From: the human T2T-CHM13v2.0 reference genome, Homo sapiens
DNA: 64,000 nucleotides
Assembly: GCF_009914755.1 (NCBI RefSeq)
Contig: NC_060936.1
Direction: 5' to 3' (one strand)
Position 1 is the stretch's first letter, and every line of letters starts with the position of its first letter. The notes below the pieces were generated by a model. That model made no database searches, had not been told where the DNA came from, and saw nothing but the letters and a program-made list of their open reading frames with translations. The translations under genes were made by a program, and so were the position numbers. Below are positions 1 through 28,647 of this stretch, piece after piece.

Positions 1-610
<610 letters not shown>

Positions 611-1327
611 CTACTGCTCCTGGCTGATAATACACAATTCTTTTTCTATATACAGACTCACAGCCAAGAGAATGCATCATGTTAACGCCTGTGAGAATAA
701 AAGTTGTGTTCAGCAGGCCATGTCATGAGCTGTTAAATGAGGGTATAACTTACTCCAAGAGGTGAAATGCCCCAGGTTAGTGAAATCTCAAGGATGTGTG
801 AGTGTAACTAAGACTAGGATGATAAACTATCCCCAAGCAGGATCAGGATGCTACAAAATGATGAAGTAACAACAGGTGCTTTTATAGACCAGGAGAGACA
901 ACTGCTATAGTTACCCTACAAATACTGCAGACTTGTTTAGAGTCTTTTAATCACCTAAGGTCAGTACCAAAGTTGAGAACTACTGTGTTTTAATGTATTA
1001 TCTAGGTAGAAGTAATGTTCTTATTCAAGCAGTAACTGCTTTGGAAATACCTACCTATGGGTGAGTCCTTGGGTCCTGACGCTGGCTGCCTACTTGACAA
1101 TGACTCCCAACCTTTCTTCAGTCTTCAGTACCTGAATACCGTCCTTCCCACCAACTTCCCCACCCCAGCTCTCTCACCACCCCTTTCCTAGCATACCTCA
1201 TCCAGACTCTAAACATAACTGAATCTACAGGTTTTAAGACCCTTCTCCATATCCCACCCACTGTCCGGTTTCCATCCTTGGGTTCTTCCAAGATGTTTTA
1301 TAAACATTTGTTTATAAAACAGATGTT

Positions 1328-1923
<596 letters not shown>

Positions 1924-2050
1924 TTATCAGGTAATTATTTTTGTCAGGTAATGTGGGGTGATACAGTAATGGATAACAACTACAAGTACGTTATGCTAAA
2001 TGGGTCATGAAACACTTTAAGAAGGACAGAAAGACATACCAAAAAAAAAA

Positions 2051-2488
<438 letters not shown>

Positions 2489-2635
2489 TACCAATTTCTT
2501 AAAAACTTTAGTAACAAGACTGCAGTAGAAATTGCTATATGAATGTATAGGGTTTGCTCATTTGAAGTAAAACCATTATGACAAACCTGAGAATATCAAT
2601 TTACTACCATTAGCAAAAAAGAATAACCATTTATT

Positions 2636-4664
<2,029 letters not shown>

Positions 4665-4890
4665 TCAGAAGGTTTCGTCGTCATTGCAGTTGGTGGCCCA
4701 GTGTCCAAACATCTCACAGATTTCACAGTATGGGCGTTCCTCACCCCGACTGCCATGGTGTGTGGAATGGGGAGGGTCCTCTGACATCTGTGCCTGGGTA
4801 GGACAATCCTCTGTGTCGTGGAGATCAAAGCAGTCACAAATGTCACAGAAGAGGCGAGGTTTCTTCTTGGACTGTTTCTCCTGATCATCA
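4665..4890 (-). CDS. CLIP1: CLIP1 last coding exon: two CCHC zinc knuckles and C-terminal DDETF (EEY/F) motif
   Basis: atttgtag|T acceptor; [15 protein letters not shown] and [14 protein letters not shown] motifs; DDETF then TGA (4665-4667) and a second in-frame TGA. Confidence 0.98.
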
Positions 4891-5016
4891 CTACAAATGT
4901 TAATGTGTGAAATCAGAAAATTTATCAGAAGAAACTGAAGAGACAAGAACACTTGCAAAAAATTTAAAAATTAAGCAAGAACTAATTATGGCCAAGTCTG
5001 TGAGCTTCCAGTATAA

Positions 5017-7481
<2,465 letters not shown>

Positions 7482-8174
7482 TTAGTTCTTCCATTAAACT
7501 CTACAATCCATCCAGGACTTTTCTGTTCGGCAGATTTGAAAAAGTCACATGGAAATTTCCTTCAGACTCTCATTTATCAACTGACTGATAATGGTGGAGC
7601 AATAAGTAAACATGTCCTCAGGGAAAATGGAGAAGGCTAAAGCTCCCTCCCAACCTAGGAGAGACAGCCAGGCACGCCAACAAGGCGGTGTTCAGGTACC
7701 ACCCAGAGGGAGAGTGCCCATGCCAAGAGCTGGGGCAGTGGGGACAACAAGATGGCCAACAGGAGGGACCGCTCTTATCCTGAACATTTCCTTTCAATCA
7801 AAGGGCATTTTGACTTAAAAACAAAAAATTTCTTCCTTCTACAAATAATGAAAAGTCTCATTTCTCTAAACTGAAAGATCCCACTTTACAATATTTAAAA
7901 TATATATAGATATACACACACATATACATAAATATTTTACTTTTTAAAGAAATATTTGGTCTTTTTCTCCTGCTGGGGAGTTATGAACAAAGTTAGCAAT
8001 CACTGCAGTCTTTCTCTGCAGCATATCCCAGCATCATGGAGGCCACCTCTGAAGGCAGACCTACTGAGTCTACCTTCACTTCTCAACGTGCATTTTCTAA
8101 GTCATTATCGTGTTAAGAGCTCCATTTCAGGAAGAAGAAAAAGCCACAAAATGGACATAAGTATAGTGGGAAAC

Positions 8175-8197
8175 CACACACACACACACACACACAC
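8175..8197. repeat. (CA)n repeat, read as (UG)n in the pre-mRNA just downstream of the 6-nt microexon
   Basis: Direct reading. Confidence 0.9.
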
Positions 8198-8230
8198 GTG
8201 TGCACGCAAATTAGGAAACATGAAACGAAC

Positions 8231-8236
8231 CATTTG
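8231..8236 (-). CDS. CLIP1: CLIP1 6-nt microexon CAAATG (adds QM: ESQ-QM-IDFLN)
   Basis: actaac branch-like motif 8312-8317, ~70-nt pyrimidine-rich AG-free stretch with tgctgc, ttccaatcag|CAAATG|gttcgt; phase 0-0; (UG)n downstream. Confidence 0.7.
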
Positions 8237-8599
8237 CTGATTGGAAGAAAAGTGTTGTCAGCAGCAGATGAAACAAACCGAAGCAGAAAGGAAGGGGGAA
8301 GAGAAGACACTGTTAGTTATTAAGCCCAGTAGACATACAAAGAGGACAATGCTAATCCATGGTAAGTTTGTACAGTGTTGAATCGTTTTGTGCCCCTCAA
8401 AGGAGGTGTCTGGCAACTAACATCTCAAGGTGAGTTTTTCTTTTATTTAAATATAAAATGTGGCTTTTGTACTTTTGAATTTTGAACATGACTAATACAT
8501 ACAAAGTATATTAAAATTAAAAGACAGATGTTTGTTGCTATATACAATTATATTTCCAAGTACAGAATAGTTTGCCTTTATATAATCCCTTTTTACAAA

Positions 8600-9273
8600 T
8601 TTTTGTTTGTTTTGAGACAGGGCCTTGCTCTGTCACCCAGCTTGGAGTGCCCATGTTGCGCAGGCTGGTCTCGGGCTCCAGCGATCTGCCTACCTTGGCC
8701 TACCAAAGTGCTGGGATTGCAGGTGTGAGCTGCTGTGCCCGGGCCCCCCACCCCACCTTTTTTTTTTCTGAGACAGGTTCTTGCTTTGTCAGTCAGGCCT
8801 AAGTGCGGTGGCATGATCATGGCTCACTGCAGCCTCAACCTTCTGGACTCAAGTGATCCTCCTGCCTCAGCTTCTGGGGTAACTGGGACTATGGGAGCAT
8901 GGCGCCATGCCTAACTAATTTTATTTTTTGTAGAGATGGGGTCTTGCCATTGTTGCTCAGGCTGGTCTCGATCTCCTGATCTCAAACAGTCCGCTTGCCA
9001 CAGCCTTCCAAAAAGCTGGAATTATAGGCGTGAGCCACTGCACCTGGCCCAGGCCCTTAAAAACCTTTTTTTAATTAAGTAATTGTTTTGAGACAGGGTG
9101 TTGCTCTGTCACTCAGGCTGCAGGATTGTTTTTTGTTTTTTTTGTTTTTTTTTTTTTGTAGAGATGAGGTCTCGCTATGTCCAGGTTGGTCTCAAACTTT
9201 TGGGCTCAAGCAATCATCCCACCTTGGCCTCCCAAAGTGCTGGAATTACAGGGATAAGCCACCATTCCTGGCC
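8600..9273 (-). mobile_element. Three deleted or degenerate antisense Alus
   Basis: Alu fragments with internal deletions. Confidence 0.85.
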
Positions 9274-9945
9274 TAATCCCATTTTTAGTTTAAAACTAAA
9301 GTTGTTTTGTTAATTTTCGCTTTAAGAGACTGAGTTTTCAAGAAACCAGTCTTTTTAAGGTTCAGATGAGTAACAAACCCTTTGACAGAGCAATTCTACT
9401 TCTAGGAATTCATCCTGCAGAAATACTAATATATAAAATGATAGCTGCCCAAGATAATTCCTTACGGCATTGTTTATAATACACCCAAAGGATCAGAAAC
9501 ATCCCAGTGTCATTGTCAACCAATAGGGAACTGACTAAATTATAGTAAATCCACGTAATGGAACACTACATAGCTATAAAAAAAATAAGTGCAGAACCGT
9601 TTATGTAGTATGCCATTATTTATGTTAAAAAAAAAAAAGGGAGGGAAGACTGTATTAGTGCTGGCTTGTATACACACTTTAAAAAATCTCTGAAAAGGAA
9701 AGACACAAATAACAGTAATTAACTGTTTGCAGGGTTGGGAACTGAGCAGAAGAGAGAGAAGGTTTGGAGGAAGACATTTAATGTATATATTTTTAATTCT
9801 GTTTAATGTTTGGACTAGAGGAATGCATTACCAATTCAAAAGACTAAATGATACAAAAGGCATCAAATGAGAAGGAAAATAAACGAAAAGATTCAATGAT
9901 TTTGAAAAACAGCAAGAAAGTAAAGCAATAAGGCAGGAACATTAC

Positions 9946-9995
9946 CTGACTCTCCTGGGCTCTTTCATCCTCGTCTGCCTGAGTGTCTGTATTAC
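9946..9995 (-). CDS. CLIP1: CLIP1 constitutive exon, 50 nt ([G]NTDTQADEDERAQESQ)
   Basis: poly-T...caaatataag|GT acceptor, CAG|gtaatg donor; phase 1-0. Confidence 0.94.
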
Positions 9996-10583
9996 CTTAT
10001 ATTTGAGGAAAAAAAAAAAAAAACAAGTGGAGGGAGAATATATGTATATTTTTAATCACAATCTAAACTGCAGTGAAAGGGCCTGTGTTCAAAACTCATT
10101 TTCCTGTGGACTTCCCAGATGCACCACTTTCAGCACATGTGGATGAGTTTGTGTCCCCTTGCGGGACCCTACAGGGTCTCACAGACACCAGCCTTGCCCT
10201 TCACGTGCTCTCCCTCAGGCCTGCTAACTCCTGGGTTAGAATGCCTGTCACGTCCATCTGAATGTACAGAGGCAATCCACCCTTCTTCACCAAAGGGACC
10301 ACCTCTTCTCCTGCACTGTTATGTACTTTAAGACCCCCCAGTCTGGATGGCAGCAGGCAGCCATCATAGTAGGTTTGTGACAATATTGACAGACCACAAG
10401 AAGCCCCAGGAACGGGGATGGCAGGCACATGGGATTAGCCCTTGATTGATTAAGTGGTGGAAGAGCTAAGGAGAGTCAGGGTCAGGGCAGCATGAGAGCT
10501 GTCTTCGAAGAGCATCTCTACTAGAAAGGGCTCCTCGGGAGGACGCGGGGTGTACAGAGAAGCACTGGGCAGGCGCCCTTTAC

Positions 10584-10734
10584 CTGAGGAGCTGCTGAGC
10601 TGCCTCTTGTTTTCTTTGAGTTGAAGCTCCAAGTTCTTTACCTTGAGCTCGAGCTTCACCTTATCAGACTCTAGAGTCTGAACAACTGAATGCAAGGACT
10701 TGGCAGAGGCGTTTTCTCCCCTGAGCACTGTGAC
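10584..10734 (-). CDS. CLIP1: CLIP1 constitutive exon, 151 nt ([12 protein letters not shown]...KRQLSSSS)
   Basis: tgtttcag|GTC acceptor, TCAG|gtaaag donor; 50 codons+1. Confidence 0.96.
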
Positions 10735-10819
10735 CTGAAACACAGTTGTTTAGCTTAGGCTGAGGGTTTGAACGAAAGGAGGCCGCGTGAAAGCTCGTGC
10801 ACCCTGGGTGGTACTCTAC

Positions 10820-10937
10820 CTCATTTCTCAGTTTCTCCAGCTCGGCATCCTTTTCTGTGAGTAAGGCACTAGTTATACTGATGGATTTCTGCAAGGAAGC
10901 TTTCTCTTCATCTGCGTCTTTTATGAACTTGGATTCT
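10820..10937 (-). CDS. CLIP1: CLIP1 constitutive exon, 118 nt ([17 protein letters not shown]...EKLRNE)
   Basis: tcttttag|A acceptor, GAG|gtagag donor; 1+39 codons; 85-nt downstream intron. Confidence 0.96.
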
Positions 10938-11116
10938 CTAAAAGACCAAAGAGTTAAAAGTTCCACAAATCAACCGAAAGACTGGTCAGTGTACAACTGT
11001 TCTAGAACAAACACATAATTAATGTTAGTTAATGTAAAAAAAAAAATATAACAGGGAAGTTTTATAGGGAGTTAAGGCCATTATGCTCACAAAATTTTAC
11101 TTGAAATTTTACTTAC

Positions 11117-11185
11117 TGTGAGGGGAGAAAAAGTTTACCTATGCATAGACATGCCAGAGTCTGCATGTGATTGTATCCATTTGAA
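11117..11185 (-). CDS. CLIP1: Candidate 69-nt in-frame CLIP1 cassette exon (SSNGYNHMQTLACLCIGKLFLPSQ)
   Basis: ttaacttgtttctttaag|T...CA|gtaagt; phase 2-2, no stop; no transcript evidence. Confidence 0.4.
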
Positions 11186-11856
11186 CTTAAAGAAACAAGT
11201 TAATAAATTTGGAAGAGGTAGAATTAAAAAAAAAAAAAACGGTTGCACCCTCCCCAATATTCTACTAAAATCTAACCCCAAGTTGAAGTTTGTTAATTCT
11301 TGAATAAATTATTACCAAGCAATAACGACAATTAAAATACACACATGCAAAGCAGTTATACAGATGTCATGCAGAGCAGCTTTATGCTGGAAATATCAAT
11401 TGGTTCTCACTAATTTCAGTAACTTTTGTAGCAAGTTCCAAGAATGGGTGTTTAAGATGTTATGGGCCAAAACAGTAGTAAAGATTATTATTATTACTCA
11501 AACTGAAGGATTATTACTTTCCAGCCATAGACTCTGAAGAGGACATTAAATTAGCTCATAGAAATTAATGGTAATTACATAAAGGCTAGAACAGAAAATG
11601 TTAAAATGGTTTTCTCAGGTGCAGAATGAAAGCATGGGGAGCCTGGAAGGAGAAATTCAGAGCGCCTGGTTTATGTTCTCGGCCTGACTCAGCACTTGGT
11701 TATCAGCAGAGGGCGGGGATGAGGCCTTTAATGAGAGGGTTGTGGGAGTGAGAAGAGAAAGGGAAAGACGAAGGAGGAACAGGGAGGAACGCAGGACACA
11801 GTGAAAACAGCCCAAAGAGCAGGCTAGCATGTGTTTACATATGTGTACCTATTTAA

Positions 11857-12158
<302 letters not shown>

Positions 12159-12189
12159 CATACTGAAAGTTTTGTTATAAAAACTACAT

Positions 12190-12530
12190 GCATTTCAAAA
12201 TGCCAAGGTCATTAAATACAAGAAAAGGCTGAGAAACTGTCACATATAGAGAAGACGAAGGAGATATGACAACTAACTGCAAGGCGGGATCCTAGTTTGG
12301 ATGCTGTAACACAAAAGGACATTAGTGAGCAAACTGGTGAAATCTGAATGAAGTCCCTTGTTTCAGCTGAGAGTATGCTGCTCATGGGAGTTTCTCAGTT
12401 TTGATGAGTGTGCCGGGGCTGTGTAGGATGTTCAATTAGGGGCCTCTGGGGGAAGGTCTGTGAGAACTGGATGCACTACTTTTGCAACTCTTCTGGAAAT
12501 CTAAAATTATTTTAAAATAAAAAGTTTTTT
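12190..12530 (+). mobile_element. Old L1 (L1MC/L1ME-type) 3' end fragment
   Basis: Resembles L1MC4-like 3' UTR (aaggacattagtgagcaaactggtgaaatctgaat...ctactttgcaactcttctggaaatctaaaattatt). Confidence 0.65.
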
Positions 12531-13196
12531 AAATGACATGCAGTGTGAAACACGAGAGGAAAATGACAAAAATACTTTAGGAAAAACAAAACTGGAGAAA
12601 AGTTTCCTAGGCTAGGCCACAGGCCATATGACCTAAGACACTACATTACCACAGTCACCAGTGAGTGGTCATAACCTTAACAAGAAGCCAAATCACACCT
12701 GGTTCTATTCCAAGGAACTGGGAAAATGCAGAGGATGTACTGGTTGTCTGTTTTGGAACCAACTGGAGGAACAGAAAACTGAGGCCCAGGTTAGAAACGG
12801 CAGAATGTATGTCTGGTTAGTGAGACCCAAGATATCCGGCACACAAGTTACAGAAATCTCATGACTTATGGCAAATTGAAACTCTACACAAAGATGAAAA
12901 TATAAGTGTTGTATTTATCTCATTGTGTGGCTTACACTTACACTCCAGAATGAGAAGTAGTAAGAAAAGAATCTGAGACAGAAATTTCTTGAATTAAAAA
13001 CCCCAGCATTACTCACGCACTGGCAACGGGTGGGCATCAGTGCGGGTAAATTACTAAGCTAGTAACCTTGTTAGGACATAGGCTCTTGCTTAGGTTAAAA
13101 CAGCAACTTAAATGAAAGGAATGTACAGGTGCTTTTTGCCACCTGGGAAGTAAAAATATCTGATGTCACCCAAAGATGCAATAAAGCCTGGGTTTC

Positions 13197-13514
13197 AGCC
13201 AGGCGCGGTGTCTCATCCATGTCATCCCAGCATTCTGGGAGGCCAAGGCAGGAGGATCGCTTGAGGCCAGGAGTTCGAGACCAGCCTGGTTGACACAGTG
13301 AGACCCCCGTCTCTACAGAAACTTACAAAAAAAAAAAATTAGCTAGGCATGGCAGCGCATGCTTGTTGTCCCAGCTACTAGGGAAGCTGAGGCGGGAGGA
13401 TGGCTTGAGGCGGGAGGATGGCTTGAGCCCAGGAGCTTGAGGTTGTAGTGAGCTGTGATAGTGTCACTGCACTCCAGCCTGGGCAACAGAGCAAGACCCC
13501 GTCTGAAAAAAAAA
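13197..13514 (+). mobile_element. AluJ with internal 18-bp tandem duplication (13388-13423)
   Basis: tgaggcgggaggatggct x2. Confidence 0.88.
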
Positions 13515-14302
13515 ATCCTGGGTTTCTTATGTTTCTATTAAATGCATTTAGTAGTTGATTCTGTTAAAAAAAAAATGATTTCCAGAGCTTCACTTGCTAT
13601 AAATCCAACTCAAATTTGAAAAAATGTAATTTTAAATGTTTTTACTAAAAAAAACCAGGATTTTGGGTTATCAAGAAGAGATTTAGATTTCCCTATAATC
13701 AGGACTCTATTTGGCCAAGATCCCACAGATGCTTAGTGCTGGGGAGGGATAAACAAACCTCCAGCTGGCAGAAGGAAAAAGGGACAGGTGCCCTTCTCTG
13801 GGGCCACCAAACAAACTCTGCTCATCATCACACACACACACAACCTCTCAGCCTGGCTGCTTTCTAAGGAGATCGCTGCCAGAATGCTTCTTATACAAGT
13901 TACCAACACGTGCATGGTTAAGAAAGAAATTTGACTTGTGATTTATACACCAAATGACAGGATAAGTAGACTCTGGCAGCTCATCTTTGTGACCTATTGT
14001 CATTGCTAGCTTCTTAGGCCATCTCTAAGCTCCAATTCCACTATGCAAACCACCAGGAGGGACTACATTAAACCATTGTCTATGCCAACATTACTGACGT
14101 CTGAGTCACAAATCGTATTAAGCCATTAGCTGGAATGACTTGGTATTACCAAAAAAAATCAAGAAGGGAAAATAAACATAACATGAAAGAAGGGATAGAG
14201 GGAACAGAAATCTTTCTCTCTCCATCTCCCAAGGGAACATTTTACCCAGATTCTTTCCTTACTACTTATATAAGAAACAAATTCCAGTAATGAAGCAAAT
14301 AC

Positions 14303-14323
14303 CTTAAAGTGTTACTGGGCAAG
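14303..14323 (-). CDS. CLIP1: CLIP1 21-nt alternative microexon (MKK-SLPSNTL-RESKF)
   Basis: ttatcttgcatttttaaag|CTTGCCCAGTAACACTTTAAG|gtattt; phase 2-2, frame-preserving, stop-free; UGC just upstream of acceptor. Confidence 0.8.
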
Positions 14324-15232
14324 CTTTAAAAATGCAAGATAACAAGAACCAAATATTAGAACCATGAAGAGAAACGCAAATACAGTAAGGAGACTAAATT
14401 TGCACTGAAGTTCTTTGCTGTATATAGATATAAAAAGGAAATATATGTGTGTGTTTGTGTGTGTATATATATATGTATATATATATACTGCTGAGAATAT
14501 TTTACAAAACAAAAGCAAGACACAGAGGGACAAAGGCAGCCAAAAAATATATACAACAATTTGGTTTACTAAAAATATATGAAATTTATTTATTATAACG
14601 TGGATAGACTTTCTTTAGTCTTACCATTAAAGACACACAGATATAGCAAAGGAAGCAAGAGTAGGAAAGGGAAAAGAGAGGGGTGAAATGAGCATTGGTA
14701 AGTAGCGCAAGCTCGGAGACAGTCAGACAGTTAGCAACCCACAGTGAGCCGGATGAGCTGAAGTAGCACGGGACCTCCTCAGAATTTGGGGGCTTTATTG
14801 TCAAACCAGTTTTTACTCCTAACAGAAATCCTGCACTGGCACTGACAGGATGAATTCTGACTCCAAAATCCATGCCTCGCGCCTTTGGCTTTGGAGCCCC
14901 TTCTTTGACACTAAAAAGCCTAGAGAATGGAGCAACCAAACCGGCTCCCAAATCTGCATCAGGCTTCAGAGGCACAGATGAACAAACTCCCCCAGTTCTG
15001 GCAATTAGAGCAATGCAAGGCATACCCTGCTTTACCCATTAGACTCTTAGAGCCTGTTTTAAAAGGCTTACCCAACTTGAGAGTTTTTCAAAGAAATGAT
15101 TACATTTTTATGCTTGGGGAAAAATTTTTTACTACATACTGCTTGCAACTCAATGTTTAAAGTTACAAAAAAACAAAAAACAAAAAGAAAAAAAACCCCA
15201 CAGCAAATAAAGAAGGATTCCACTAATTCCTT

Positions 15233-17626
<2,394 letters not shown>

Positions 17627-17812
17627 TGATAACTCCTTACATAAGGGTTTTTTTTTTAAAAAAGAAACAAAAATCTTATTTATGTAAAATTAAATACCCC
17701 GAGGCCCACAGAGACAGAATTGTGGCTATAAACAGGGACGAGGTTTAGGCATGGCAAACTAGGCATCACTTTTCAAGTTCCCTGGAGAACATCTGGCTGG
17801 GCTGGGAATCAT

Positions 17813-18027
17813 TGGTTATGCTATTCTTTAAGGTTTGTTTTTAGTTTTAGTTTTGTTTCTAATAAGCAAAAAAGCACATCACTGTTGTGATACGCACCTA
17901 TTTAGTATTCTGCAGCAACTGCTGGATAGGCTGTTGTTCTCAGCAGTAGCACCCACTAAACCTGCTTGGCACCGTGTAAAGCACAGACATTCTCTAAATA
18001 AAAACCGCACATTTTAAAAGAGCAGAC
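17813..18027 (+). repeat. Copy 1 of a ~220-bp local direct duplication (resumes at ~18350-18364 after an Alu)
   Basis: Aligns by eye with 19214-19427. Confidence 0.9.
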
Positions 18028-18028
18028 A

Positions 18029-18990
<962 letters not shown>

Positions 18991-19213
18991 AAAGAAAATG
19001 CATCCCTGGACCAAGGCCTAACGTCCTTTAGAATGTGGCTTACGGAATCCAAATAGCTAAATCTAAATAAATAAAGCCCTCAACTCCTAAGCAACTGCTA
19101 CGCTGGCAGAGGAGACAGTGCTGCGTAAAACATACGCTTCAGTAGGTCGGTGGGGAAACCTCCTCTGCCCTGACGAGTGGGAATAATACTTCACAAGAGC
19201 ATGGAGAAATTAC

Positions 19214-19427
19214 TGGTTATGCTATTCTTTAAGGTTTGTTTTTATTTTTAGTTTTGTTTTTAACAAGCGAAAAAGCACATCACTGTTGTAATATGCACCC
19301 ATTCTGCAGCACCCACTGGACAGGCTGTGGTTCTCGGCAGTAGCACCCCCTAAACCTGCTTGGACCGTGTAGCACAGACATTCTCTAAACAAAAACTGCA
19401 CGTTTTAGAAGAGCAAAGACTTATCAG
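19214..19427 (+). repeat. Copy 2 of the ~220-bp local direct duplication
   Basis: tggttatgctattctttaaggtttgttttt...agcacagacattctctaaa...caaagacttatcag shared with copy 1. Confidence 0.9.
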
Positions 19428-19766
19428 CTTATAGAAGCATGAAGCTTCTACACAATTATTTCTGTGAGCTATGTTCTTCCTTATTGGAAAGTACTGAAAA
19501 AGTTATCCTAGTTTTTAATTTGAGTATCATTTGACTATCATGGGAGAGTAAGTAAGAAAGCCTTTTAAAGCAAATAGAAACACTTAAAATCACATTACCC
19601 ATTATTAGTGAACATTAAAATTTTCATATAATTGAAATCAGTATTTATATCCAGATCAATAACTGTATGTAAGATTCTAGTATGTTTAGTTACTGAAACT
19701 AGGAGGTAACAGTGGTGTAACATGAGACAATCTGATTTTAGATCACTTCTGAGTGAAAGCAACTGA

Positions 19767-24455
<4,689 letters not shown>

Positions 24456-24459
24456 GTTG

Positions 24460-27175
<2,716 letters not shown>

Positions 27176-27239
27176 GAAACTAGATACATAAGGCTATATA
27201 ATGTTTTGAATTTCCCAAATTTCCTTATGTATAATGTCT

Positions 27240-27910
27240 AATGTTTTCTACTGTGGTAAGGGAAAATAGTTTGAAATATTTCACCTTTTTAAATTGACTG
27301 AAAATCATTTTATGGTCTAACACATAACCTGTCCTGGAGAATGCTCCCTGTGCACTTGAGAAGTGTGTGTCTTCTGCTGCTGTTGGATGGAGCAATCTGC
27401 AGATGACTGTTAGGTCCTGTTGATTTAGAGTGTTATTCAAGTCTTCTGTTTCCTTCTTCATCTCTGCATAGTTGTTCTACCCATCACTGAAATGGGGTAC
27501 TGAAGCCTTCAGCTATAATTGTTGAATTTTCAATTTCTCTTTTTAATTCTGTCAGTTTTTGCTTCATGTATTTCGGGACTCTGTTATTAGGTACATCTAT
27601 GTTTAAAATTGTTATATCTTTCTGATGGATTGACATTTTTTCGTTGTTCTCTGTCTCTAGTAACAATTTTTGCCTTAAAATCCATTTTGTCTGATAGTAG
27701 TATAGTTTCTCCAGCTTGCTTTTGGTTACTGTTTGCATAGTATGTCTTGTTCCATCCTTTTACTTTCAACCTATTTGTGGCTTTGAATATAAATTGCATC
27801 TCTTATAGACAGCATATAGTTAGATCATGTTATTTTAAAAATCCATTCTGCTAGTCTCTGCCATTTATTCAGAGTGTTCAATCCATTTATATTTACTGTG
27901 TTTATGAATA
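27240..27910 (-). mobile_element. Degenerate L1 ORF2 endonuclease-domain fragment
   Basis: Frameshifted peptides RLKVKGWNKTYYANSNQKQAGETILLSDKMDFK, DITILNIDVPNNRVPKYMKQKLTELK, KETEDLNNTLNQQDL match the L1 APE-type endonuclease. Confidence 0.88.
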
Positions 27911-28503
27911 AGGTTACATACTGTTTTGATTCCATTTATGTGACCTACTAAAAAAGGTAAAACTATTGGATCAGAAAAGAGTTTTCAGGGAGTGAGAATG
28001 AACTGACTATAAAGGAGGATAAGAGAACCTTTTGGGGTGAAGGAAATCTTGATTGTGGGGTCAGTTTTATGACCATATATATTTGTCAAAATTCACCCAA
28101 CTATACACCTATGAAGGGTAAATTTTATTTGATGTAAATTAGACCTTAATAAACATGACTTTGAGAAAAAGAAAGCAAGTTGGAGTAATATGTACAATAT
28201 GGCTTTTGTAGAAAACAAAAACAATGTGTGCATATATGCATTTGCATATGCTGGTATATACACGAGGAACACCAAGGAAAAATATACCATTTATAATGTA
28301 GCTTCAATGAAATGGCAATGAAGAGGAGTAATAACTTTTAAATTACACATATTTGTATTGTTTCATATTACAAATGTATTATATTTCTAATTTAAAAATA
28401 ACATTACAATTTAAAATAAATAATTCTTATTTCTTTGGAAATAAAAAAATTATAGATGAAATGACAGGGTATCTAGGATTTAGGATTTGCTTCAAAACAC
28501 TCA

Positions 28504-28647
<144 letters not shown>

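Noticed and set aside
14586-15023. 145-aa minus-strand ORF
   Set aside because: No recognisable domain; its donor at 14625 is phase 0 while the downstream exons need phase 2.
27225-27799. Endonuclease-like ORFs
   Set aside because: Frameshifted fragments of an old L1 ORF2, not a functional gene.
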